Positions 9,411 through 17,852 of a stretch of DNA of 64,000 nucleotides are shown in pieces. The stretch lies in IMG/VR virus record IMGVR_UViG_3300033076_000375, positions 1-64,000 of that record, one strand, 5' to 3'. Source of the stretch: a virus (Duplodnaviria > Caudoviricetes). Position 1 is the first letter of the stretch, and each line of letters opens with the position of its first letter. A model generated the notes under the pieces. That model worked only from the letters and a program-made list of their open reading frames with translations. It made no database searches and was not told the origin of the DNA. The position numbers and the translations under genes are program-made.

Positions 9411-10682
9411 TTATTTTTCGTCATACAATGCGAACTGACCGAATGGGGGATTCGGATTAGGATCACCGTGAATAATCCAAGTAGTATCGCAATAGTCTGG
9501 GTCACCCCAGCTACCACAAGGGTAACCGTCAGTAAACACAATCAAACGCTTCGGTACGTTGCCAATTTCTTTCAAGTACTCAAAGATAACATCAAAGTCA
9601 GTACCGCCACCACCTTTAGGTTCGTATGTGTCGATAGAGTCCATGTTCTCACTTGTGAAATCTTGTGGATTGTAAGTGTCTGTATCGAAACAGAATACGT
9701 GAACTTTATAACCATCAAACGAATCCATCATGCCACCAATTTCACCCAAGAACGCTTGTGCTTGCTTGTCTGAGATAGAGCCTGACATGTCGATTGATAC
9801 AACAACGTCAATTTCTTCACCGGGTGTCATACCAGGCATAACTGCATCCATGTGCCAGCCCCGACGACTTGGACGCATCCAAGAGTAGTCTGTACGAATA
9901 GCACTGGTCAAGTTTGTCTGAATCAATTCACGCCAGGGCATAACAGGGTCAGTTACTTGACGAACAAGACGCTCGACACCTAGAGGCAATGTGCCTGCTT
10001 CTGCTGATTGTGCGGCGTTGATAATCGCCTGCTTCATTTCTTGACGAATACGGTCTTTTTCTTCTTGTGTTAGTTTAGGGCGACCTTTACCTGGACGGTC
10101 TTCGTCACCGTCACCGTCATCACCTTCACCGTCCATATGCTCGTCTAGCATTTGGTCAATCAAGTCGTCCATATTAATCTTCTTGGCATTCTTCATCAAG
10201 TCATCATAGATTTCCTCAGCTGGCTTGCCGTCATATTTTTGTTCGTACAAGCAAGGTACTGTGGTGATGAATTGACCAACTTTGTGGCGCTTCAAGTCTG
10301 CGTTAACTGCATAGTCATCAGCAATGTTCCAGATTTGAGGGTCACGATGATTGCGGCGACCCATGTGGTCGTAAACAACGTGAAGAACTTCGTGCGCTAC
10401 TAAAAACTCAACTTCTTTTGGCTTCAACATCATAATGAAGCGAGAGTTGTAGTAAAATGTTTGACCGTCAGTAGCCGCTGTACCACACCACTCATCAGCG
10501 TTGACAAGTTTCAAACGTGTAGCAAGGTTACCAAAGAATGAATGACGCAACAACAAACCGATACGTGCCGATACCAATCGTTCACGTGCATCGTGGTCTA
10601 CTTTTGCATCAGTGGGACCTACTAAGTTGTCAAATTTTTTATTACGTGACTTCTTTTTAGACTTGTCGAGAACTTCGCTCAT
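9411..10682 (-). CDS. HEXXH metallopeptidase-like plus vWA domain protein (DUF2201-like MoxR partner)
   Basis: TAATDG, AHEVLH, MIDAS motif DMSGS, GGGTDF and FTDGY. Confidence 0.88.
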   Translation of the reverse strand: MSEVLDKSKKKSRNKKFDNLVGPTDAKVDHDARERLVSARIGLLLRHSFFGNLATRLKLVNADEWCGTAATDGQTFYYNSRFIMMLKPKEVEFLVAHEVLHVVYDHMGRRNHRDPQIWNIADDYAVNADLKRHKVGQFITTVPCLYEQKYDGKPAEEIYDDLMKNAKKINMDDLIDQMLDEHMDGEGDDGDGDEDRPGKGRPKLTQEEKDRIRQEMKQAIINAAQSAEAGTLPLGVERLVRQVTDPVMPWRELIQTNLTSAIRTDYSWMRPSRRGWHMDAVMPGMTPGEEIDVVVSIDMSGSISDKQAQAFLGEIGGMMDSFDGYKVHVFCFDTDTYNPQDFTSENMDSIDTYEPKGGGGTDFDVIFEYLKEIGNVPKRLIVFTDGYPCGSWGDPDYCDTTWIIHGDPNPNPPFGQFALYDEK

Positions 10683-10705
10683 AATTACTCCTGTTTAATG
10701 TGTAT

Positions 10706-10734
10706 ATTATAACACACTTCTGATTAAATTGCAA
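10706..10734 (-). promoter_or_regulatory. sigma70-type promoter TTGCAA-N17-TATAAT
   Basis: Near-consensus with a 17-nt spacer, upstream of an AGGAG RBS and the vWA gene. Confidence 0.7.
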
Positions 10735-10891
10735 GCCCGCGGAAACCTTTGTCGTATGCGATAAGTGCGTAGGGCAATGCAGAATCCAGACGGAATAGTT
10801 GGATACCTTGTTCCTTGCTCAAACCTTTAGCACGGACACGTTGACCAATTGCGTAAAAGTACTTTGCACCAGAATATTTTGCTCGTTTCAT
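10724..10891 (-). CDS. Small basic hypothetical protein (55 aa)
   Basis: MKRAKYSGAKYFYAIGQRVRAKGLSKEQGIQLFRLDSALPYALIAYDKGFRGLAI; AAGG RBS; below the ORF-track cutoff. Confidence 0.55.
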   Translation of the reverse strand: MKRAKYSGAKYFYAIGQRVRAKGLSKEQGIQLFRLDSALPYALIAYDKGFRGLAI

Positions 10892-10904
10892 TTTAAACCT
10901 TTAG

Positions 10905-10939
10905 AAAAAAGGGCGAGAATATTCACACTATCCTCGCCC
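10905..10939 (-). terminator. Rho-independent terminator after the MoxR gene
   Basis: GGGCGAGGATA-loop-TATTCTCGCCC followed by TTTTTT. Confidence 0.75.
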
Positions 10940-10983
10940 GAAAGAGTCTTGCGACCCTAGGGAGTCAACTTTATGTTGACAAA

Positions 10984-12102
10984 TTAAGAACCTGCATCAA
11001 CAATGTACTTGCCGTACTTCTTGTGGAACTCGTCAAAGTTCTTGAGTTGAGTTGGCTCGATTGGGAGTTGATATGTTTTCAACGCAATCTTAGCACCCAT
11101 AACGACCAACTCTGTTTCAAAGTTGTCCATCATGTATTGAATGAAGTTATATGCCATTTCGTGGAACTCTTTGTTGTTCACTTTCTTGTTAGTGATGGCA
11201 TCTTTCAATTCATAGCACATTGAAATTGTCAATGAGTACATCGCAGAGATTTCTTTCACTGACAAAGTTTTCACTTTACCAGAAAGAATGTCTTGTGGCT
11301 CGGGCATCTTGCCTGCAACTTTGCGGTGAGCCATGAACTTAACAGCAAGACCATCACCAACTGCACCTGCAACCAAGTTGAACAATGAATCACTGTCAAT
11401 GTTATCTTCGTCATTCAACAAGTCACTAACGAAACACCAAGAGCGAGGTGTAGCGAATGCTCGGCTAGAAGATTTAGCATCGAATTCGTACATGTCTTGC
11501 TTTGCGAAAGACAAGTAACCAACAACGTCTTTGTGAATGCCTTCGTTAACAGCCCACAACTGCCATGCCGCAAAGTCAGGACGCATTTCCAAGTGAACGA
11601 AACGGTTAGCAAGTGGCATGGGCATACGATATGTCACACCTTTGTCACTGTCACGGTTACCTGCCGCAACGATAACAACGTTATCAGGTAGTTTGTACTT
11701 ACCGACACGACGGTTAAGAATCAACTGATAACCTGCTGCCTGAACTGCTGGGGGTGCTGAGTTCATTTCATCTAAGAACAAAATAACTGTCTTGAATTGT
11801 GATGCGAATTCTTCGCTTGGCAAGTCAACTGGTTCAGCCCAATCCATCTTGTTCAATTCTTTGTTGAAGAATGGGATACCACGAATGTCAGTAGGTTCCA
11901 TCTGTGCCATACGCAAGTCAATCATTGCGTCTTTAGAACCACCGAGTTCGACTGCGAGTTGTTGAACAACGTCAGACTTACCGATACCGGGAGGACCCCA
12001 CAAGAAAACGGGGCGTTTTGCTTTCATAGCTTGCTTGAGTGAACGAGCGGCTTGAATTGCTGTGATTGTGTGATTGTCACTGACTGCGCTTGCTTTTGAC
12101 AT
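10984..12102 (-). CDS. MoxR-like AAA+ ATPase
   Basis: Walker A GPPGIGKS, Walker B LFLDE, AAGNR and LANRF. Confidence 0.92.
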   Translation of the reverse strand: MSKASAVSDNHTITAIQAARSLKQAMKAKRPVFLWGPPGIGKSDVVQQLAVELGGSKDAMIDLRMAQMEPTDIRGIPFFNKELNKMDWAEPVDLPSEEFASQFKTVILFLDEMNSAPPAVQAAGYQLILNRRVGKYKLPDNVVIVAAGNRDSDKGVTYRMPMPLANRFVHLEMRPDFAAWQLWAVNEGIHKDVVGYLSFAKQDMYEFDAKSSSRAFATPRSWCFVSDLLNDEDNIDSDSLFNLVAGAVGDGLAVKFMAHRKVAGKMPEPQDILSGKVKTLSVKEISAMYSLTISMCYELKDAITNKKVNNKEFHEMAYNFIQYMMDNFETELVVMGAKIALKTYQLPIEPTQLKNFDEFHKKYGKYIVDAGS

Positions 12103-12146
12103 TGTGTTAACTCCTGTTAATGTCGTTACTAAATTTAAGAATCTAT

Positions 12147-12175
12147 ATTATATGCGAAAACTGATTTATTGTCAA
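12147..12175 (-). promoter_or_regulatory. Perfect sigma70 consensus promoter TTGACA-N17-TATAAT
   Basis: Exact consensus upstream of the MoxR gene. Confidence 0.85.
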
Positions 12176-12630
12176 ATAGTTTTTGCAAGTTTCTTAACCA
12201 TCTTGCCCAATTCTTTTTCAGCAAAAGCAAGGGCGCGGCTGGCTAATAAACGCTCACGGGCAAAGGCTTCCTGTTCCCAGGGACGCTCATGGTAAACTGT
12301 GTTGACCCGTTGACCCAACCAAAGTTGGCGAGAAAACTTGTCGATTGTAAGCTGACCTTTTGCGATTTGCTTAACGTGAACCATTTCATGTGCGACACAT
12401 TGAATGAGGTCTCCCTCACCCAAACGACTGTCAACCATCATGGTAATCTCACGTTCACCCGTCTGTGCTACTACACCATTGTATCCCTCATGCTTACGCA
12501 ATCCTGACATAGTATGAATTTGTAGTACGTAAGTACTCTTTTCCAGCTTCAATTCTTTGCGTAAGAATTGGGTAGCTAAGTCAATCGTAATCTTACGAGC
12601 CGTAGAACGTGAAACAATTTTGATTTCCAT
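12172..12630 (-). CDS. Putative Zn metallopeptidase (HEXXH)
   Basis: VAHEMVHVKQ and Y...PWEQEA motifs. Confidence 0.75.
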   Translation of the reverse strand: MEIKIVSRSTARKITIDLATQFLRKELKLEKSTYVLQIHTMSGLRKHEGYNGVVAQTGEREITMMVDSRLGEGDLIQCVAHEMVHVKQIAKGQLTIDKFSRQLWLGQRVNTVYHERPWEQEAFARERLLASRALAFAEKELGKMVKKLAKTI

Positions 12631-12636
12631 GCTGTA

Positions 12637-12665
12637 AGTATAACAGAATCCTGATTTATTGTCAA
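12637..12665 (-). promoter_or_regulatory. sigma70 promoter TTGACA-N17-TATACT, 6 nt from the ATG (leaderless)
   Basis: Near-exact consensus. Confidence 0.8.
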
Positions 12666-12704
12666 GCCCAAAAAGCTAAATACAAAGTACTACAGGAATA
12701 TCCA

Positions 12705-14420
12705 ATGGCTCTAACCAGAATCAAACCCACTAGCATCAGCTCCTCAGCCCCGTTCGCAATGTCAAACATTGAAGTTTCAGGTAATGTTTCTAGCGGAAAC
12801 ATCAAAACTGACAATTTGCTCTATGCAAACGGAGCAGTATGGGACTTGCAACAGGCTGCAGGTGCGTCATCGCATATCCAATTCAATACAAACAACAACT
12901 TTGATGCCAGCGCAAACTTAACATTCAACAAGACCACAAAAACGTTAACGACTGATTCTATCGTTGGAAATATCACGGGTAACGTAGTCGGTAACGTAAC
13001 TGGGACTATCACTGGCAACACAACCGGTATTCATACAGGTAATGTCACTGGAAACGTAACTGGCAATGTGACTGGTAACGTAGTAGGGAACTTGACTGGT
13101 AATGTCACAGGCAACGTGACTGGTAATGTGACTGGTAATATTACAGGAACAGTCTTAACTGCAAGTCAAGTACAAATAACAACAGTAGGTACCTTAACTA
13201 ATTTAGCAGTCACGGGTAATACTTCAATCGGCGGCAACTTGGAAGTAACTGGTAACTTGACAGTCAGTGGTACAACTACAACTATTAACTCAACTGTTAT
13301 AGAAGTAGCCGATACGTCATTGGTACTAGCCAAAAATGCAGCCACAACAAGTCAAGCAAACGGCGCTGGTATCATCATCAATGGAGCTAGTGCAAACTTC
13401 ACTTATAACAGTACATCCAACTCATTTGTTTCAACACATAGAATTACAGTTGACGGTGGTTTAGTTTCTAACGTAAACGCAAGTAACATTGCGACAGGAA
13501 CTATCCCATCAAGTATCTTGGGTAACAGTACACATTATATCGGGACTACTAGCATTGCATTAAACAGAGCAAGCGGTGCTCAATCATTAACAGGTATCAC
13601 TAGCATTGACGGCTATGCACCTACAGTATCATCTTCTGCTCAACCTAATATCACTAGTGTCGGTACCCTAGTATCTGCTAACGTTACTGGAAACATTACT
13701 GCTGGAAACGTTGCAGGCGGTAACTTAATTTCAGGCAATTACTTCAGTGGCAATGGTTCTTTACTAACTGCATTAAATGCAAGTAACATTGCATCTGGTA
13801 CTATTCCGTCTAGTATTTTAGGTAACAGTACACATTATATCGGGACTACTAGCATAGCTGGTAATAGAGCAAGTGGCGCACAGTCATTGACTGGTATTAC
13901 TAGTATTGACGGGTATGCCAGTACAGTGTCAACTGCGGCGCAGCCTAATATCACTAGTGTTGGTACATTGACCTCTGTGTCAGTATCTGGTAACGCAAAC
14001 GTTGCAAACATCAACGCTAACACTAATGCATCATTCACTGGCTGGATGACTTCCCAGCAGGCAACAGAAGTTTTAGTAGAATCAGGACCTTTGGCAAGTA
14101 CCACTGCAACCTATAGTTTAACAACCGGGGCATCGTTCTATCATAGTAGTATTTTATCTGGAGCTAACTGGACTGCAAACTTCACAAACGTACCGACGAC
14201 TGATGGTAGGTCAATCGTAGTGACTATTATAGCAGCGCAGGGTGCAACACCGTATGTACCTAGTACCGTTCAAATCAATGGTACTACGCAGACATTGAAA
14301 TGGTCTTCGGGTGCATCACCTTCAGGTACTGCAAACGGTGTAGATATTTTCTCATTTGCTTTATTAAGAGTGGGTGGTGCATGGGTACAAATTCTAGGGT
14401 CTAGTTCATTCTTCCTATAA
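12705..14420 (+). CDS. Tail fibre/spike protein with GNVT repeats
   Basis: 571 aa, G/N/T/S-rich, GNVT tandem repeats, AQPNITSVGTL motifs; TAAATA and AGGA upstream. Confidence 0.8.
   Translation: MALTRIKPTSISSSAPFAMSNIEVSGNVSSGNIKTDNLLYANGAVWDLQQAAGASSHIQFNTNNNFDASANLTFNKTTKTLTTDSIVGNITGNVVGNVTGTITGNTTGIHTGNVTGNVTGNVTGNVVGNLTGNVTGNVTGNVTGNITGTVLTASQVQITTVGTLTNLAVTGNTSIGGNLEVTGNLTVSGTTTTINSTVIEVADTSLVLAKNAATTSQANGAGIIINGASANFTYNSTSNSFVSTHRITVDGGLVSNVNASNIATGTIPSSILGNSTHYIGTTSIALNRASGAQSLTGITSIDGYAPTVSSSAQPNITSVGTLVSANVTGNITAGNVAGGNLISGNYFSGNGSLLTALNASNIASGTIPSSILGNSTHYIGTTSIAGNRASGAQSLTGITSIDGYASTVSTAAQPNITSVGTLTSVSVSGNANVANINANTNASFTGWMTSQQATEVLVESGPLASTTATYSLTTGASFYHSSILSGANWTANFTNVPTTDGRSIVVTIIAAQGATPYVPSTVQINGTTQTLKWSSGASPSGTANGVDIFSFALLRVGGAWVQILGSSSFFL
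12960..13150 (+). repeat. 12-nt period coding repeat (GN[VIL][TV])n
   Basis: Repeated ggtaa(c/t)gt(n)act units. Confidence 0.85.
13476..13967 (+). repeat. Internal duplication of about 190 nt with 300-nt period (NASNIA.GTIPSSILGNSTHYIGTTSIA..RASGAQSLTGITSIDGYA)
   Basis: Near-identical copies at about 13476-13667 and 13776-13967. Confidence 0.85.
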
Positions 14421-14429
14421 ATATAATCT

Positions 14430-14996
14430 ATGGCACGTATTAACACAGTACAAGGATTTACCGGTTATTCATCTGTTGTTGCAAACAGTGTAGAACCCGA
14501 ATATATCGGTGCAAAAATGGTTTTTGCACAAGGAGCTGCGCCTGCAGGCTGGGTTAAGATTACAGACTATGATGACTATTCGTTGAGAGTTGTGAGTGGC
14601 ACTGGTGGTGTCGCATCTTCGTCTAATCAACCGTTTAGTACAGTGTATACGACAAACAAAACTTTATATCAACCAGAGACGGGTAGCTGGTCTCTTGGAG
14701 CAACTAATCCAACAACAATCAGTATCGCACAAATGGCTCCACATGCACATCCATCTGATTCATCAAGCGGGGCGGGATTAAGTGGATACACGACTGGCTG
14801 GCCTGGTACAGGTCCCGGAACTCCATTTACGGGAATTGTAAACCCAGTAAACGCATTCCCTGCGGCGTATGGCGGGTTGTCTGGTGGCGGTGGAGGTCAT
14901 GCACATGCTTCAGGTACAGTTACCGGAATCACATATTCCAGCCCGTTTAACTTTAACATCAAATATAAAGATGTAATTTTAGCAAAGTATTGTTAA
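14430..14996 (+). CDS. Short tail fibre/tail-collar-like protein, paralog 1
   Basis: F.Q..AP.GW.K...DDY.LRVVSG collar motif, two HxH motifs, C-terminal FNIKYKDVILA. Confidence 0.75.
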   Translation: MARINTVQGFTGYSSVVANSVEPEYIGAKMVFAQGAAPAGWVKITDYDDYSLRVVSGTGGVASSSNQPFSTVYTTNKTLYQPETGSWSLGATNPTTISIAQMAPHAHPSDSSSGAGLSGYTTGWPGTGPGTPFTGIVNPVNAFPAAYGGLSGGGGGHAHASGTVTGITYSSPFNFNIKYKDVILAKYC

Positions 14997-14997
14997 T

Positions 14998-15501
14998 ATG
15001 CTACCATCTATACCAAGTTCATCTATTACTAAATTTTTTATGGCATCTCCCCCAGTTGGTTGGACTAAACTAACTACTGGCGTAGATGACTGTGCGTTGA
15101 GAGTTACATCCGGTACCGTCACTGGTGGTGGCTCTAATCCATTTACAACTGCTTTTTCTAGTAAGACTGCATCCGGTGTTAGAAATTTAACACTTGCAAC
15201 AGACAATTCAGTTACCGGGGCAACTTCTCATATCCACAACACCAGTGCTAGGTCATTAAGTGGTCCAAATAGTAGAGCGTCTGGTCCTACTTACGTAAAG
15301 CCACCTACACTGCCTGCTCCGACTCAAACGATTCATACTTGGCCAGGAACAAAAGGACAATCAGCCACTACTAGTGTTGGAGGAGGTCAAGGTCATACAC
15401 ATGCATTGGCGACTCCTGCTGCATTAAACTCCCCGATAACAGGTGCAACTATAAATTTTTCAGTTAACTACGTTGACGTTATATTAGGACAAAGAAATTA
15501 A
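14998..15501 (+). CDS. Short tail fibre/tail-collar-like protein, paralog 2
   Basis: PPVGWTK...DDCALRVTSG, HIH/HTH, FSVNYVDVILG. Confidence 0.75.
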   Translation: MLPSIPSSSITKFFMASPPVGWTKLTTGVDDCALRVTSGTVTGGGSNPFTTAFSSKTASGVRNLTLATDNSVTGATSHIHNTSARSLSGPNSRASGPTYVKPPTLPAPTQTIHTWPGTKGQSATTSVGGGQGHTHALATPAALNSPITGATINFSVNYVDVILGQRN

Positions 15502-15502
15502 T

Positions 15503-15979
15503 ATGCCAGCATTTGTAAGGAACACCAAAACATTCTTCAATCAAACAACCGCTCCTACAGGTTGGACAAAAGTAACTAACTCAGGAGATGACTATACTCT
15601 ACGAGTAGTCAGTGGATCGACTGGTGGTGGCTATTATGGATTAAATGGAGTTTCTGCTGCTTTTGTTGATTCTACCTGGTCTGCTACTGTATCATCTGTT
15701 ACCGGGTCAGTTGTTTCAGCAGACGCGGACTTACCTTCTCATCAACATCAATTTGCATATACCACTGTGATAAGTAACGGTCAGATTATGATATCATATC
15801 CAGCGAACCCATTGGCAGGGCAATACATGGTTTCAACCATGGGCACCGGTGCTGCAGGAGCATCCGGGACGGGTTCAACACACAGTCACGGCGTTGCATC
15901 TGGATCAAGTACAATTACCGGCAACCCCACCGGATTCAATGTAAAATACATTGACTTTATTATGGCTTCGAAAGATTAA
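15503..15979 (+). CDS. Short tail fibre/tail-collar-like protein, paralog 3
   Basis: APTGWTK...DDYTLRVVSG, HQH/HSH, FNVKYIDFIMA. Confidence 0.75.
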   Translation: MPAFVRNTKTFFNQTTAPTGWTKVTNSGDDYTLRVVSGSTGGGYYGLNGVSAAFVDSTWSATVSSVTGSVVSADADLPSHQHQFAYTTVISNGQIMISYPANPLAGQYMVSTMGTGAAGASGTGSTHSHGVASGSSTITGNPTGFNVKYIDFIMASKD

Positions 15980-15980
15980 C

Positions 15981-16241
15981 ATGGTGCAAAGTAACAGAGT
16001 AACTATTATCGTTGATGACGGTGCAGTGTACTTAGATGTACATGTATATCTGTCATTAGATTTCTCGCAATGTGGTATACCTGAAGATGTCCATGCTTTG
16101 CAATGGCTGGACAATAAAGGTCACATTGAATATAGAGGGCAGTTCGTACAAAATGAAGAAATCACAACGCTTCCTGAATGGGCAATCAAGTGCATAGCAA
16201 AATGGGAAGAAGCATATCAAATTATTCCACCACCCGGCTAA
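15981..16241 (+). CDS. Putative tail-fibre assembly/accessory protein
   Basis: IPEDVHALQW...GHIEY motif; follows the collar genes; start reassigned to ATG 15981. Confidence 0.55.
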   Translation: MVQSNRVTIIVDDGAVYLDVHVYLSLDFSQCGIPEDVHALQWLDNKGHIEYRGQFVQNEEITTLPEWAIKCIAKWEEAYQIIPPPG

Positions 16242-16272
16242 CTCAGTAAATAACTGAATAGAGAGGTTTCTT

Positions 16273-16623
16273 ATGGAATTAAAGAGAAAAAACCTTTGCC
16301 CACTTTTAAAGAAAGAGTGCATTGGATTAGATTGTGCGTGGTTTGTTAAGATTGCCGGGTATGATATCAATACTGGAAAACAAATTGATGATTGGAATTG
16401 TACAGTATCATATCTACCGATGTTGTTGATTGAGAACTCGGGTATGCAACGTCAAACAGGTGCAGCCGTCGAGAGTTTCAGAAATGAAATGGTCAAAGCT
16501 ACAGAGATGTCACAAGAGTTATTCATTGCTGCCGCAACTAATGACACAAAAACATTAGAAAGAAAATTGACGCAGATTGAAGAAGCGAAAGTAATTCCAC
16601 CTGAAGGTTCTAGTAATGAATGA
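16273..16623 (+). CDS. Cys-rich hypothetical protein (CPLLKKEC...CAWF)
   Basis: 116 aa; TAAATA and GAGG upstream. Confidence 0.65.
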   Translation: MELKRKNLCPLLKKECIGLDCAWFVKIAGYDINTGKQIDDWNCTVSYLPMLLIENSGMQRQTGAAVESFRNEMVKATEMSQELFIAAATNDTKTLERKLTQIEEAKVIPPEGSSNE

Positions 16624-17794
16624 GTTGATTACAGAAAATAATTACATCTTTATTCCTAACTTTATTTCGCCCGAACGTGCAACTGAGTTAGCAAATCGAT
16701 TCATTAAATTCTGCAAAGATAATAACTTAGACGGGGACAGCCAGATACCTGAATCACATTCAGTTTACAACTATGTTGACTTCTTAGAATTATTGTGCGA
16801 GAAGACACCGGAAGTTAGTAAGTTCTTAGGTGAGACAGTTTTACCTACATACACCTACGCTAGGGTATACAAAAAAGGTGCTACCCTCAATAGACACCGT
16901 GACAGAGAAGCATGTGAGATTAGTTTGACTATTCATTTGACCGGTGACAGTGAGTGGCCAATCTATATTCAAAAGCCAAACGGTGAAGAAGTTGAATTAA
17001 ACTTAGCAACCGGTGATGCTATGATGTACAGGGGTAATATCGCTGACCATTGGAGAGATAGATTTGAGGGTAGGGAATATGTTCAAGTCTTTATGCATTA
17101 TGTTAGGAGCAGGGGTGAGAACAACTGGGCATTCTTTGACAGAGATAGATTCAAACCAGCTGAACCAAAATTAGTTATGGACGACACTTTTACGTCTGAA
17201 CCAGTAAATGAAACTAAACCCACTATTCAGTATTATTCGAATTCATTGTCAGATTATATTCAAGTTTTTGATAACATTGTTTCGGATGATTTGTGCCAAG
17301 AAATTTTAGCCGAGTATGCACCCAACAATTCTTGGAGAGCCACACAAGTTGCAGGTGGCGTGACTGACCGAAACATTAGGAACGTAGATAGCATTGGGTT
17401 GTCGCTTCCAGAAAACACAACCTATTCCGCAAAACGCAAGTGGCTTGACGATGAATTATTCAAGTGCGCGGCTCTTGCTATTAAAAAATACAATGATGTT
17501 TTTCCCGAAGCACATATTGAGCAAGATTCAGGGTATGAACTATTACGATACCAAACCGGGCAGTTTTACAAGCAACACACTGACAGCTTTAAACTACATC
17601 CCAGAGCAGTATCATGTTCATTTGCATTGAATGACGACTATGAAGGCGGCGAGTGGGGTTTTTGGAATCAAAAATCAATAGTCAAAGTCAAAAAAGGATC
17701 AGTCATTATGTTCCCCAGTAACTTCATGTATCCTCATGAAATTATGCCCGTGACAAAGGGCACAAGATACAGCATTATTACGTGGTTTATCTAA
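16616..17794 (+). CDS. Two-domain 2OG-Fe(II) oxygenase (prolyl-4-hydroxylase-like)
   Basis: Domain 1 has HRD...H.R; domain 2 has HTD...YEGGE...FPSNFMYPHE..PV..G.RYS. Confidence 0.88.
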   Translation: MNELITENNYIFIPNFISPERATELANRFIKFCKDNNLDGDSQIPESHSVYNYVDFLELLCEKTPEVSKFLGETVLPTYTYARVYKKGATLNRHRDREACEISLTIHLTGDSEWPIYIQKPNGEEVELNLATGDAMMYRGNIADHWRDRFEGREYVQVFMHYVRSRGENNWAFFDRDRFKPAEPKLVMDDTFTSEPVNETKPTIQYYSNSLSDYIQVFDNIVSDDLCQEILAEYAPNNSWRATQVAGGVTDRNIRNVDSIGLSLPENTTYSAKRKWLDDELFKCAALAIKKYNDVFPEAHIEQDSGYELLRYQTGQFYKQHTDSFKLHPRAVSCSFALNDDYEGGEWGFWNQKSIVKVKKGSVIMFPSNFMYPHEIMPVTKGTRYSIITWFI

Positions 17795-17795
17795 G

Positions 17796-17846
17796 TTCCC
17801 GTTTAGTATTTGGTTATTTTTTGACTAAATACTAAATAATCGGGAA
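17796..17846 (+). promoter_or_regulatory. Long hairpin enclosing two TAAATA late boxes and the RBS of the long tail-fibre gene
   Basis: TTCCCG/CGGGAA and TTTAGTATTT/AAATACTAAA inverted repeats. Confidence 0.6.
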
Positions 17847-17852
17847 TATAGA

